Shown here: positions 52,601 through 61,585 of the stretch, one piece after another
How positions within the stretch are numbered: position 1 is the stretch's first letter
How the letters are laid out: each line of letters starts with the position of its first letter
NCBI GenBank assembly: GCA_965287045.1
Contig: OZ336876.1
Location: forward strand, 3,410,001-3,474,000
Direction of reading: 5' to 3'
Origin: Carcharhinus amblyrhynchos
Lineage: Eukaryota
DNA: 64,000 nt
Translations under genes and position numbers: made by a program
Notes under the pieces: model-generated
What the model was told of the DNA's origin: nothing
Seen by the model: the letters and a program-made list of their open reading frames with translations, nothing else
The model's database searches: none

Positions 52601-55600
52601 CATTGCGTATAACCTTCCTATATTAGATCTCTCAGAATGAGGATTAAATTGCATCTCCCGCGCTCTGCGCAATTTATACCAGCCTGTGTCCTCAGGCTAC
52701 TTTCCTCAATCAAAAACCAATGTTTGCATCATCTCAAAACTCACTACAAATTGTATTGTTTCAATTCACATCCAAGTGACTAATGTATATAAAAAACAAC
52801 AGGGGTCCCAGCACCCAGAGCTCTGGTCACAAACTCACAATTACAAAAGCAGCCCTCCATCATCTCCCATAGCTTCCTATTAAGAAGATTTGCTTTTTGT
52901 ATCCAGTTTGAAAAGTTGCAAAGGATGCCATGGGTTCTAATCATTTGGAGCAGCCTTCCATGTGGAAGCTTGTCAAATCCTTACTGAAGTCTATGTAAAT
53001 CGCATTAAATACTCTACCCTTATCAAGATGTTAGCTACTTTTTCAAAAGAAAAACTCACTAAGTTGTATTTTCAGGTTAGCACATGACTGTATGTTACAC
53101 ATCTTCCACTATTCAATAAAACGCAGTTCTATGAATCTGAATGTACAAACTCCATTTTTTAAAGAAAAAATATTTTTCTGGTATCCATTCCTGTCGACCT
53201 ACCTTCATGTCATTGCCGTATTTATTTCGCCAACAGACTCAGCAACCCACGCCAACAACCCCACCCCCCTTCAATTCCCTTGCTATCCATCCCCACACCC
53301 ACACATGTCTCGTTTCGTATCTTTATTCCTCTAATAGCCTTTCGTTTAATTTGACTGAATCGCCTGATTGTCTGGTACTCTCATAAAGTCAGTATATTTA
53401 TCTATTAAAGAAAAATGAACAGTCTAGCACATGAACAGACCCGTCTGCCCAGTAACCCTGAACTGACATTTGGTTCTCCAAGTTGCATATTCCTCTATTC
53501 TTTGCTTATTTATATGTCTGCCAAGACACCTATTCAACACTATTTCATCCTAGAATAAGAGAATGGATCTTTAATAATCAATACATTCGTGTTTTTTCCC
53601 CTAATCATTAACCTACTAATGTACTGAACCGAAATGTTACTGATTCTACCAATTCCTCAGGCAGTGCATTCCGGACACTTGCCATCTCTGTTTTTTTTTG
53701 CATTTCACATCTCATTTGAATTCTCATACACCTTAAATCTTTGTCCCCTAGTAATTGATATTTCCTCCCTGACAAAAACTCCAATGTCAATCTATCCACG
53801 CCTTTCATAACTTTGTAAACTTCCATCAAGTCTCCCATCAACGTACGACGTTCCAGTAAAAAAACAAATCATGATTGTCTTAACTCTCCTCATAGATAAT
53901 GCCCTCCAAACTTGGCAACTCATAGCAAACCTTTTCTGTGCATTCCCGAAAGCGTCCAATGGGACTGGGTTACGAGGAAAGGAAGGACAAATTGGGGCCG
54001 TTTTCCCTCGAAAGACGGAGACTGAGGGGAGATCTAATAGAGGTATATAAGATTATGAAAGGTATAGATAGAGTAAACAGTGGTAAGTTTTTTCCTAGAC
54101 TGGAAACAGACATTACGAGGGGCCACGGGTTTAGGATGAGGGGGCGAGGTATAATTCGAATGTTAGAGGGAGGTTTTTCACACAGAGGGTTGTGGGGGTA
54201 TGGAATGCTCTGCCAAGCAATGTGGTGGAGGCAGGCACGCTGGAATTGTTTAAGAGTTATTTAGATAGGTACATGAGCGGGATGGAGATGGAGGGATATA
54301 GGAGACTGTTTTAAATAAGGTTCGGGAGCCTTGGGACGTCCCTGAGAATCGATTGATTCCTATGGATCTTCCAACATATTTTCTGGCTCACTTGTTTTAC
54401 TTTTGAGCTTCTGGGGATTCCCTTGAATGTTTGTATAAGGATGTGCATGTTCTTGATGGTTTTCTCTTTTAATTCACAGGCACTTCTGTCCACCTTATTG
54501 TCCAACAAGGGGCATACACGCGATGGGTCGTACGAGGGCTGGTCTTGGATGTTTCGAGAGTAGCCTAGTGCTTCACGTCGTTAGTGTACGCTTAAACTGG
54601 ACCAGATGCTGGGCAACACGACAGCTCAGTAATTATCACTGTTTCCTGTGCAGATACATGGATTTGGGCCAGTGTCTGTGAGAGTTTGCACATTCTCCCC
54701 GTGCTTGCGTGGGTTTTCTCCGGGTGCTCTGGTTACCGATTGGTTTCCAGCTGACTGGTGTAACAAATTGTCCCTAAATTAGTCTCCCCTCAATCTGGTT
54801 TCTAATGTGGAATGCCATAAGCATAGACAAGGGTCATGGGTGGAGAGGGAACTCACAATGTTGAAATAGCTATGCGGGCTCGTTGGGCCGAAGGCCTGTT
54901 TCCCGTGCTGTGTTGTTCTTTGTTCTTTTGTTCTTTGTTCTTTTGGTAATGTGGCGACCAGAACTGTATGCAATATTCCAATTGTGACCTAACTAAATTT
55001 CAATGCAGCAGCAACGTGACTTGCGATTTTTTTATACTCGATGTCCCGAACGATGAAGGCAACAGTGGCATAAACCTTTTTCACCACTTTATCCGTTGCG
55101 CTGCTACTTTCGGGGAACTGAAGATCTGCACACCTCAATCCTTCTGTGTGTTAATGCCTCCAAGGGTTCTCTGTATACTTTATGGTTTACTAAGAGTTTA
55201 CTGTACACTTCTATCCTGCGTATCTCCAGTCAGGAAAAAACACCCTTCCAGCGCTATTCTCTGTCCCCGTTCAAGCCAGTTCTGTACCAGTTAAACAACT
55301 CACAACAGATCCCATGTGACTTCATCTGGTGTATCAGACTGCCATGAACAATCATTTCAAAGGCCTTGTTCAAGTGTGTCTGGGCAGTCTTCACCGCCGT
55401 GCCCTTATCAATCATCTTTATCTCTTCCTCAAAAAGCTCGAAGAACAATGTGAGGAACGATTTGCCCACATAACGCCAGCCATGTTTTGTCGGGCTAATA
55501 AGTCACCTCTCTTTCTCTCTCTCTTTCTAATGTTCTCTCTCTCTCTCTCTCTTTCTCTCTCTTTCCCTCTCCCTCTCTCTCCCCTCTCTCTCTACGTCAC

Positions 55601-57737
55601 ACACACACGGACCACAACTAACCGCCCCCCCCCCCCCACCTCAATGCTCTATCTGTCTCCGTTTCTCTCTCTCCATTTTTCTCTTTGTTTTATTTTCCTG
55701 ACTCTTATTATTTCGCCCTCTGCATACTTCCCTGTCTCTGTCTGGATGTCTGTGTTTCTGTCTCTATTTTTCCCTTTCTTCATGTATTTTCTTTCTTTTT
55801 TACGTGATAGCCTGATGGTTGCATATTTCACTTCCTTCATCTCGATACAGCTAATACCCCTTGGCCTCTTACTTTCATTCTGATGCGCATTCCCTGTCTC
55901 GTCATATGCCTGGCTAATTCTCTCCGACTGTCTCTCTACATGTCCAATGTCCCCTGATACTCTTTCCATAAGTCGAGTGACGAACAATGTTTCACCTTAT
56001 ATTTGTGTTTTTATTGGATTTTCTGTCTCTCCACTTGTTCCAATATTTCACGATTTTTTAAAAAAAGTGGCAGATTTGCAAAGGCAAGACTCTCTTTGGC
56101 ACATGTCATCATAAAGCTAATTAAAAAAATACGAGATATACATTGTTCAGAAGTAACCACAAATTGTGAAACTCAAAAGAATGTAATAAAGGGGTTATTG
56201 TTACCGTGACCATTGAGACAGGCTGACTTTCAAAGTAATGCATAAAATTGTTAACGTTATCAAATTTATAGATGACAAAAGGGCATCATTGTTTTCTCTG
56301 CCAAAGAGAACATTGATTTTGCTAATAATCATCAATCTACTTGCAGCTTGTTTTCATCCTAGAATAAGGGAACGCATCTCTAATAATCAATACTTTCCTT
56401 TTTTTCCAAGGCATTAACCTGCTAGTATACTGAACCGAAATATAGCAATTATTGTGTTTTAATTATTCTATCGATTGTGGACATTGCTATCACCCACAAC
56501 TGGTCTTGTGAATGTGCTGGCCAATCACGTTGTTGCATCGTGGCGGAGGATATGCCCTTTCTTTAGTTGTCCTGTAGAATTAATTGGCTTACCACATCTG
56601 GTTGGTGATCTGGCGAGATCAAGTGGGGAAAGTATCTTTTTTTTCTTTTAATTTTTAGTTATGTGCAGATAAAAGGAGTTTCATCCAAGTAAGTGTGCAA
56701 GCGGGCATAAAATGTCAGCTGCGGCTTAACTTGGATAAATGTGAAGATATCCCCTTCAGAAAGGAAACAGAATGACAGAGTATAATTTTAACATTATTAT
56801 AATTCGTTCGAAAAATCGATATACACTACGGCATGGGTTTCCTTTACTATCAGTCGCAAAAACCAGGCATGAGCAATCAGCTAGGAAGCCAACTAGTACG
56901 CTGGCATTTTTTTTCCAAGAAAACTTCATGTACAGCAGCAAGGCTGCCTTCAAATAGATGCACAGGTTTTTGGCGCGTCCACATCTGGAGAATTGACTGC
57001 CGGTTGCTTCTCCTTATCGAAGAAAAGATATATTTTACAACGAAGGGATGCACCGAGTGTTTAACAAACTGAATTATTGGATGGCAGTACTGTCAGATGA
57101 GGAGAGCTAAAATCGGCTAAACCTTTACTCACTGGAGTTTGGGAGAGTGGCAGGCGATCTCGTTGAAACGTGCATACTTCTAAAAGGGATAGTAAGACTG
57201 GACGCAAGAATGTCAGCCATCACTATATTAAATAGCAGAGCTCACTCGGGATACCGAATGGCGTATTCTTGCCCCTACCTTTCAAAACTTTATGATCTAT
57301 GGCGTAACTTTCCAAAACATCGTAGTTCTATTATATTCCCTGAATACGTCAGTAGAGCAGGTGTGATTACAAGCACATTTGGCAGTTTCGTGATAAGGTC
57401 AACCGATGCTAATTATATTCTATTTCTAGATTTACCAATTGACCAGTTTTAAATTATCACAACTGTGACATGAACACAGAATTGTGTTCCTGTTTCTTTG
57501 CGTCAGGAAGTTTCTGATTCCGATTCCAGCGCTGTCCCCATTACAAGACACATTTTACTGAATATTCAACGTTAATATTATGTACAAATTAATTTAGCAG
57601 CATCTACAGTCAAGGACGTTACAACACTGATTATTGTCAGTTTTGAATTTCGCTAAGTATTATCATTAATTATAAAAGGATATGTTTTTCATTCACTTAC
57701 AGATTATTAGAAGTAGGCAACAATTGGTCATGTTCAT
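22469..57737 (-). CDS. Gene A: FCRL/PECAM1-like type I transmembrane receptor, 5 Ig domains, ITIM-bearing tail (14 coding exons, 1965 nt, 654 aa)
   Basis: All 14 exons have GT/AG boundaries and compatible phases (lengths 37,30,252,264,279,288,303,102,31,92,57,66,32,132). They join into one ORF: signal peptide, 5 Ig domains, TM, tail with LVYAVV and ITYATL, TAG stop. Confidence 0.85.
22730..23290 (+). mobile_element. Decayed CR1/L2-clade LINE 3' fragment; related reverse pieces near 19710-20060 and 21285-21560
   Basis: gtgcaactccaacagcattcaagaaattctacaccatcc resembles the SAAPTTLKKLDTIQ-type LINE C-terminus. Confidence 0.55.
23340..24175 (+). mobile_element. Decayed CR1 LINE 3' portion
   Basis: KWQVDF..KCGVIHF, DLGAFVH; 3' UTR gcagactcgatgagctgaagggcc. 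Confidence 0.8.
25350..25381 (-). CDS. Gene A cytoplasmic exon 5 (GNSSGTARGKQ)
   Basis: Acceptor ttttttctccctggcag, donor CAG|gtcagt; 32 nt, phase 1->0 as required by the last exon. Confidence 0.75.
25815..28788 (+). mobile_element. Near full-length CR1/HER1 ORF2 (APE endonuclease plus RT), frameshifted, antisense in a gene A intron
   Basis: CIYFNARSIRNK, YRPPNS, GNFNFPNIDW, GNYRPVSL, QHGFVRGKSC, FDKVPH, KFADDTK; tail tgttctatgttctatgtt. Confidence 0.95.
29209..29274 (-). CDS. Gene A cytoplasmic exon 4 (DTTESDAGLVYAVVKITKSSSA), ITIM
   Basis: 66 nt, phase 1-1; LVYAVV matches the ITIM consensus I/V/L/S-x-Y-x-x-L/V. Confidence 0.82.
30174..30230 (-). CDS. Gene A cytoplasmic exon 3 (NSRKFQPTYSTVNEPPAAE)
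   Basis: 57 nt, phase 1-1, acceptor ttctttag, donor AAG|gtaaac; YSTV motif. Confidence 0.75.
30950..31041 (-). CDS. Gene A cytoplasmic exon 2 (DTTGNIHQYCGEKTSASNFEYAVVRKCRNT)
   Basis: 92 nt, phase 2->1, restores frame between the flanking exons; donor gtaagc; FEYAVV Tyr motif. Confidence 0.72.
31364..32349. repeat. Inverted duplication, arms ~31364-31646 and ~32067-32349
   Basis: Arms are reverse complements, e.g. ccacataagatgccagtaaacttctgctgtaaccttttgcggcattt versus aaatgccgcaaaaggttacagcagaagcttactggcatcttatgtgg. Confidence 0.93.
32536..32566 (-). CDS. Gene A cytoplasmic exon 1 (DSSSNNSPQLR)
   Basis: Long poly-T acceptor ...ttttatgcag, donor gtaagt; 31 nt, phase 1->2. Confidence 0.75.
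35375..35476 (-). CDS. Gene A transmembrane exon
   Basis: AQSHTAAITTSVIPLLLIIALLACLSYERRKANQ: hydrophobic stretch without charged residues followed by basic stop-transfer RRK; donor gtgagc. Confidence 0.88.
35860..36490 (-). mobile_element. Decayed CR1 3' fragment
   Basis: Reverse-strand CR1 tail and RT C-terminal remnants. Confidence 0.7.
36965..37267 (-). CDS. Gene A Ig domain 5 exon
   Basis: VPVGGAVL...GDPLVMQCQLKEGTFPQFFWY...GRYFCVAMN...SNYIDITVS; 303 nt, phase 1-1. Confidence 0.92.
37920..38207 (-). CDS. Gene A Ig domain 4 exon (FCRL D4/D5- or PECAM-type)
   Basis: IPVSKPDL...GEAVTLTCSVSTGSFPIKYVFFH...EGNYSCIVSN; 288 nt, phase 1-1. Confidence 0.92.
40016..40294 (-). CDS. Gene A Ig domain 3 exon (FCRL D3-type)
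   Basis: DLCSPPLLKVDP...GQQLNLIC...LLYSFFNN...DSGNYQCE...KKLSNVVSVLVK; 279 nt, donor gtgagt. Confidence 0.92.
41505..42450 (+). mobile_element. CR1/HER1 LINE 3' fragment
   Basis: SKFADNTK, WQMKFNPDKC, QRDLAVQVHRSLK, TRGHRFKVRG. Confidence 0.92.
42870..43250 (-). mobile_element. Penelope-like element, decayed GIY-YIG endonuclease C-terminus
   Basis: ...IAITYHFN...LRGLQQHINEAQWKLEQQQFAF*..FQPSGLNIELSNF matches the PLE ORF end. Confidence 0.7.
44036..44930. mobile_element. HE1-like SINE (+) split by a CR1 3' fragment (-, ~44160-44705)
   Basis: SINE head gcacaatggtaagcactgctgcctcaca at 44043; SINE body resumes at gccggtttcc ~44712; CR1 ORF SIQFWSPQYQKGVEALEKVQKRFTRM lies between. Confidence 0.8.
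45465..45728 (-). CDS. Gene A Ig domain 2 exon (B-strand Cys replaced by Tyr)
   Basis: AYDTTITLEITPQHALIGDSIVLEY...FEWYQN...DGGSYHCKFKTTYRTCISKDVYITVT; 264 nt, phase 1-1. Confidence 0.9.
47420..47671 (-). CDS. Gene A Ig domain 1 exon
   Basis: AYRPKVIMMFPRGGALKEGEQFKMQC...FWYK...GGSYQCEV; 252 nt, phase 1-1, tttttgcag acceptor. Confidence 0.9.
49438..49467 (-). CDS. Gene A exon S2, 30-nt signal mini-exon (LASSRLQSIK)
   Basis: Acceptor ttctcttttacag, donor AAG|gtataa, phase 1-1; same length as the gene B mini-exon. Confidence 0.75.
49840..50110 (-). mobile_element. HE1-like SINE; related partial copies at ~46000-46260 and ~50810-50930
   Basis: ggaaagcggagcacccgagggaaacccacgcag...ctggcgctgtaaagcaacagtgataaccactgtgc. 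Confidence 0.75.
51059..51610 (+). mobile_element. 5'-truncated Penelope-like element: inverted partial LTR, GIY-YIG C-terminus and pseudo-LTR, 9-bp TSD agtcttagt
   Basis: HSASDLRVSILQ...AEQRLIAKFRTHEDGLNRDLGFMSHYL*; TSD at 51050-51058 and 51611-51619. Confidence 0.9.
51516..51555 (+). ncRNA. Minimal hammerhead ribozyme motif in a Penelope pseudo-LTR
   Basis: attcac-CTGACGA-a-gagg taaa cctc-GAAA-gct-t-gtgagt. Confidence 0.72.
52100..53050 (-). mobile_element. Decayed CR1 RT/3' fragment, preceded by a SINE head at ~51980-52100
   Basis: Reverse-strand remnants of DFSK.FDK.PHG and VLGP motifs. Confidence 0.7.
53420..55470. mobile_element. Nested cluster: CR1(-) split by CR1(+) ~53958-54330 and a SINE ~54605-54935
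   Basis: CR1(-) breaks after cccgaaagcgtcca (~53958) and resumes at taatgtggcgaccagaac (~54947); the CR1(+) reads RRLRGDLIEVYK. Confidence 0.8.
57701..57737 (-). CDS. Gene A exon S1 (signal peptide MNMTNCCLLLII)
   Basis: ATG with an in-frame upstream TAA, hydrophobic core, donor T|GTAAGT, phase 1; mirrors gene B S1. Confidence 0.75.
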
Positions 57738-60279
57738 TTCAATGACACTGGACTGAAATTAAATTTCCCTTCGGACGAAACGCTTTTCCAATCATCTGAT
57801 GCCTGTTCCGATTTCCTGAAAAATCAGAGAATCAGTAACCACGAGAGGAGGCCGTTCTGTCTCCGGCAAATCTGCTGGCTTGTTGTCAGATAGTTGCAAT
57901 TGGCCCCACGTGCTGCTCTTTAGTCCATTGACATTCTACTGCGCCATCTATACATACATATAAATGTACATATATTTAAATTTCAGCTGTAGGTGGCCTT
58001 ATGAAAACAACTGTCAAATATAAAATTAAACGCGGGACCATGCAGATTATGTTCTCATTGCTTCTATGCAGCTTCTGTTTCGGCTGGTGACGGCAGCAAT
58101 GCCGGGTCGCCACAGAACAAATCTACTCCGAAATCAAGTCTGAGACGCTTGGAAGTTCGGCTCCTAACAAAGGCTGCCGCGCATTGTCAGCCGCTCATGA
58201 GGCTCAGACAAAAATCTCGGAAAGAGCATTTGCAGTGACATCAGGAGATAGCAGCTGGAGAGTTCCTGGAATCGCCCATCGTGCTGAAACGTGTTGCCCA
58301 AGCGCGACATGCCTACGCAGTGACATTTGTGACACTCTATTTGCCAAACAAAGGGAACTTCCACCGGATGTAAAGATGGATTGTTCGGTATAGTGGAAAA
58401 GGGAGGTTAGACCTGTCACTTCATGTAAAACAGCCTTATCTGATCTAAACAGCTGCAAAGTGGGGTTTAAGGAAAAAAGCTTAAGTATTTTTGATTCCAA
58501 CCGCAATCTCCCCCGTGTTGAGCTGAGTTGAGGCCCAGATGGAAGCCCTTGATTAACTTACCACAAAGCCAAGCAGTGAGTCGCTTGCGTTGGTGTCAGA
58601 TTAAATATTTGATTCCCCTAGTGCGACCAACAGCACATTTTCCGGGTGTAAACGGGATTTAATTCATGGGACAATTAAATACTTAGTGGACGAGTACTTC
58701 TACCGTAGTTTGAAGGCCCAGGAATATAGCTATACATTTAAGTGAACGTTGCAGGTGTGAATCCGTACAGTCGACATGTTTGATTAGTATCCATATGACC
58801 TATTATTGCTCTAATTAGGCTATGATCAGTGGCAATTCTACCCTACTCGTCTAGGGCTATGTACTTGCTCAGGTGCTGGATTATGTTTCATACTTGTGCT
58901 GTTCTGCGAACAATATTAACAAACACTCTGAATTAGGCCTAGTATTAGGATTAGCGGTCTACTGCATCTTTTATTAGCCTATCATTAATATCTCGACTGG
59001 GCAATGACAAGGTATATAAAAATGTTACAGATTCCAGTATTGTACCTAATTGTTATATTCGACCTACAAGCTCATATTTACCATTAGTGCTTACAAGAGA
59101 CAGACGATTTTCATCATGATAGATTATGCACTGGCAGATGATTATTGTTGCACGATATTGTTTACATATACAAATTGGTAGCACGGATTATTTACTGCTG
59201 ATTATGGAATCAAACTACAACTTAAGTTCAACAGTCAGTGTCTATCTCAGATTCATGTATATTCCCTCCTACTAGTCTAGGGACAATTTATATACGCAAT
59301 CAAAACGTGATTTATAAAGTACGGTAAAAAAAAATGTTCTCACTTGAGAACGGATCAAGAACTAAAGATTGATTTGCAAAATACGCAACTGTGTTAAATT
59401 GTGAGAATAAAAACAACTTATACACAAACTGAATAGTTGTCAGAAGCAAAATGCATGGTTAGTGTAAACAGGCAAAAGAATGGCAATAAATTATGCTGCT
59501 AGTTTCCAAAAGCGATGTAGAAGATGGAGCAAATACCTCATTAATATTCAGTGATTTTGTTAATTTGTGACAGGCAACCGAAGGCATGACACACCATAGC
59601 GGGCAAATTGTGATTTGTGAATGCAAAATATGGCAAATATAGCACAGATATCTGAGAAGAACAGAATAATTTAGGGAGATAACGCAGAGCAAGGAGATTA
59701 TCATCGCATATAATTTTCCAGCACCAAAAACAGTAAATGGTCTTGCTGAATGAAGCCTGTTATTTGCGAATCCGAAATAAAGGAAAAATTGAATGTGAAT
59801 TGTTCACCTTTAGCAGAGAGGATCAGTCGGAGTTTAGTACCGGTTAGTGTTACGAAGGAACGATACAGTTATGCAGAGAGTACAAATACCTTGACATGTT
59901 TTTCTTCCCCTTAAATAATATACTTATTTGATTTACATTTCCCAAATTATGGAGCCTGCAGAGGAAAGGGGGCTGATTTATCAGAAAATGGGGAACATTT
60001 AATTCCAAGTTTGGAACATAAAGCAGAATGATACCGATGCTGAAATTCTGGAAAAATTAAATGCAGAAATTTCAGGAAATACAACTTGTTTGATGGCAAC
60101 ATAACATTTTTTTTGCTGTCCAATGTGACTCTTTTCCAATCGTTGTATACTCGTTAGGAAGCCTAGGGCAGGCTTATTGAAAGGAAACAATATGGCACAG
60201 GAAAAGAAGATCTGAATGATTGTGGATGTGGCTGGAAAGGAGGGGGGCAGATTATCTATCAAATATTGAGAGAGTGGGA

Positions 60280-61585
60280 GGTGCTGATTACTGGTTAGCA
60301 CTGTTTCCTCGCAGTGCCGGAGTCCTGCATTCAATGCTAGCATTGGGTGATTGTCTGTGTCGAATTTGCACCTTTCCTCCTCTTCTGAGTGAGTTTCTTA
60401 GCATAATCACATCTGCTCCCAGGGTCCAGAGATGTGCAGCTAAGATTCATGGCGAATTGTCCCTTAGTATTCTGATATGTGTAGATTAGGCGGATTTGAA
60501 GGATCAATGCGTGTCGTTACGGGGGAAGGCCTCTGTCAAAGAGTCGATGCAGAGTCCATGGGCCTGAAGCCCACTTTAAGGCTTCTATGATTCTTCTGTG
60601 TCTGAAGGGGTCTGTGAGTCCTTATTAACGTGTCAACGCCCGAATGTACAGGTGTAGAATGCAGTTAGAAAGGCATCTGATTGACCATCTTTTAAGACGA
60701 AAGATCTGAGTATGTGAGTATAGATGTCTGGCGGAAATTCTATTGCCTTGGTGCGACCAAGTCTGGAGTGTTGTATACAGTTTTGATGTTTTTTTTAAGG
60801 AATGACATTGTTGTCGTGGAGGAAGCGTAACAGATTGTGGGATTGTTTTATGAAGATAGAATGTGGAAACTTCCTAAATATTATCCTGTGGTTTGAAGAA
60901 TGAGAGGCCATCTTGTTCAAATTTAAAATATTTCTTCAGGGCAGAGGCCGACATGACGCATCCTCTGCTTCTGAGTGTAAGCCATGGTAAACCATCTCAT
61001 AGTAAGAGGCAGCTCATTTGACAAGGAGGTTTTTTTTTTCATGAATGCTGATGAAACTTTGGTGATTGTGAATGCTGGGAGCTGTGATTATTCGATCACT
61101 CGGCAGGAAATCATAACAGAATCATAGCATCAATACAGCGTAGAAGGAGCCCATTCGGCACATTAAACCTGCACAGACAATAATCCCACCCAGACCCTAT
61201 GCCCGTAATCCCACGTTATTTACCCTTCTTATATACTGACACTAAGGGACATTTTTGTATGGTCAATCAACGTAACCCGCAAGTCTTTGGACTGTGGGAG
61301 GAAACCGGAGCACCCGGAGGAGACTCCCATACGCACGGGGAGAACAGCGCTGATTCCACACTGTGAGGCGAGGCTAGAATTGAACCTGGGTCCCTGGCAC
61401 TGTGTCGCAGCAGTGCTAACCGCTGTTCAAGAGGGAATTCGATATATTTCTAATAGCAGCAAGAAATTTGTTGGGAGCACGGAAAATTAGCATTGTTGGA
61501 ACAGATCAACCAGAATCAAATGGAAAGACAGTGTCCAATCAACGGGCCGATTGACCTCCTCTTGCCTCTTGGTCCCTATGTTCTT
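60280..61585. mobile_element. SINE (+) ~60280-60590, CR1 (+) ~60620-61585 interrupted by SINE (-) ~61110-61425
   Basis: tggttagcactgtttcctcgcagtgcc head; ggactgtgggaggaaaccggagcacccggagg; CR1 tail ggtccctatgttctta. Confidence 0.7.

Noticed and set aside
55329-55987. Hydrophobic 184-aa and charged 112-aa ORFs resembling a membrane protein
   Set aside because: Translation of a low-complexity pyrimidine tract.
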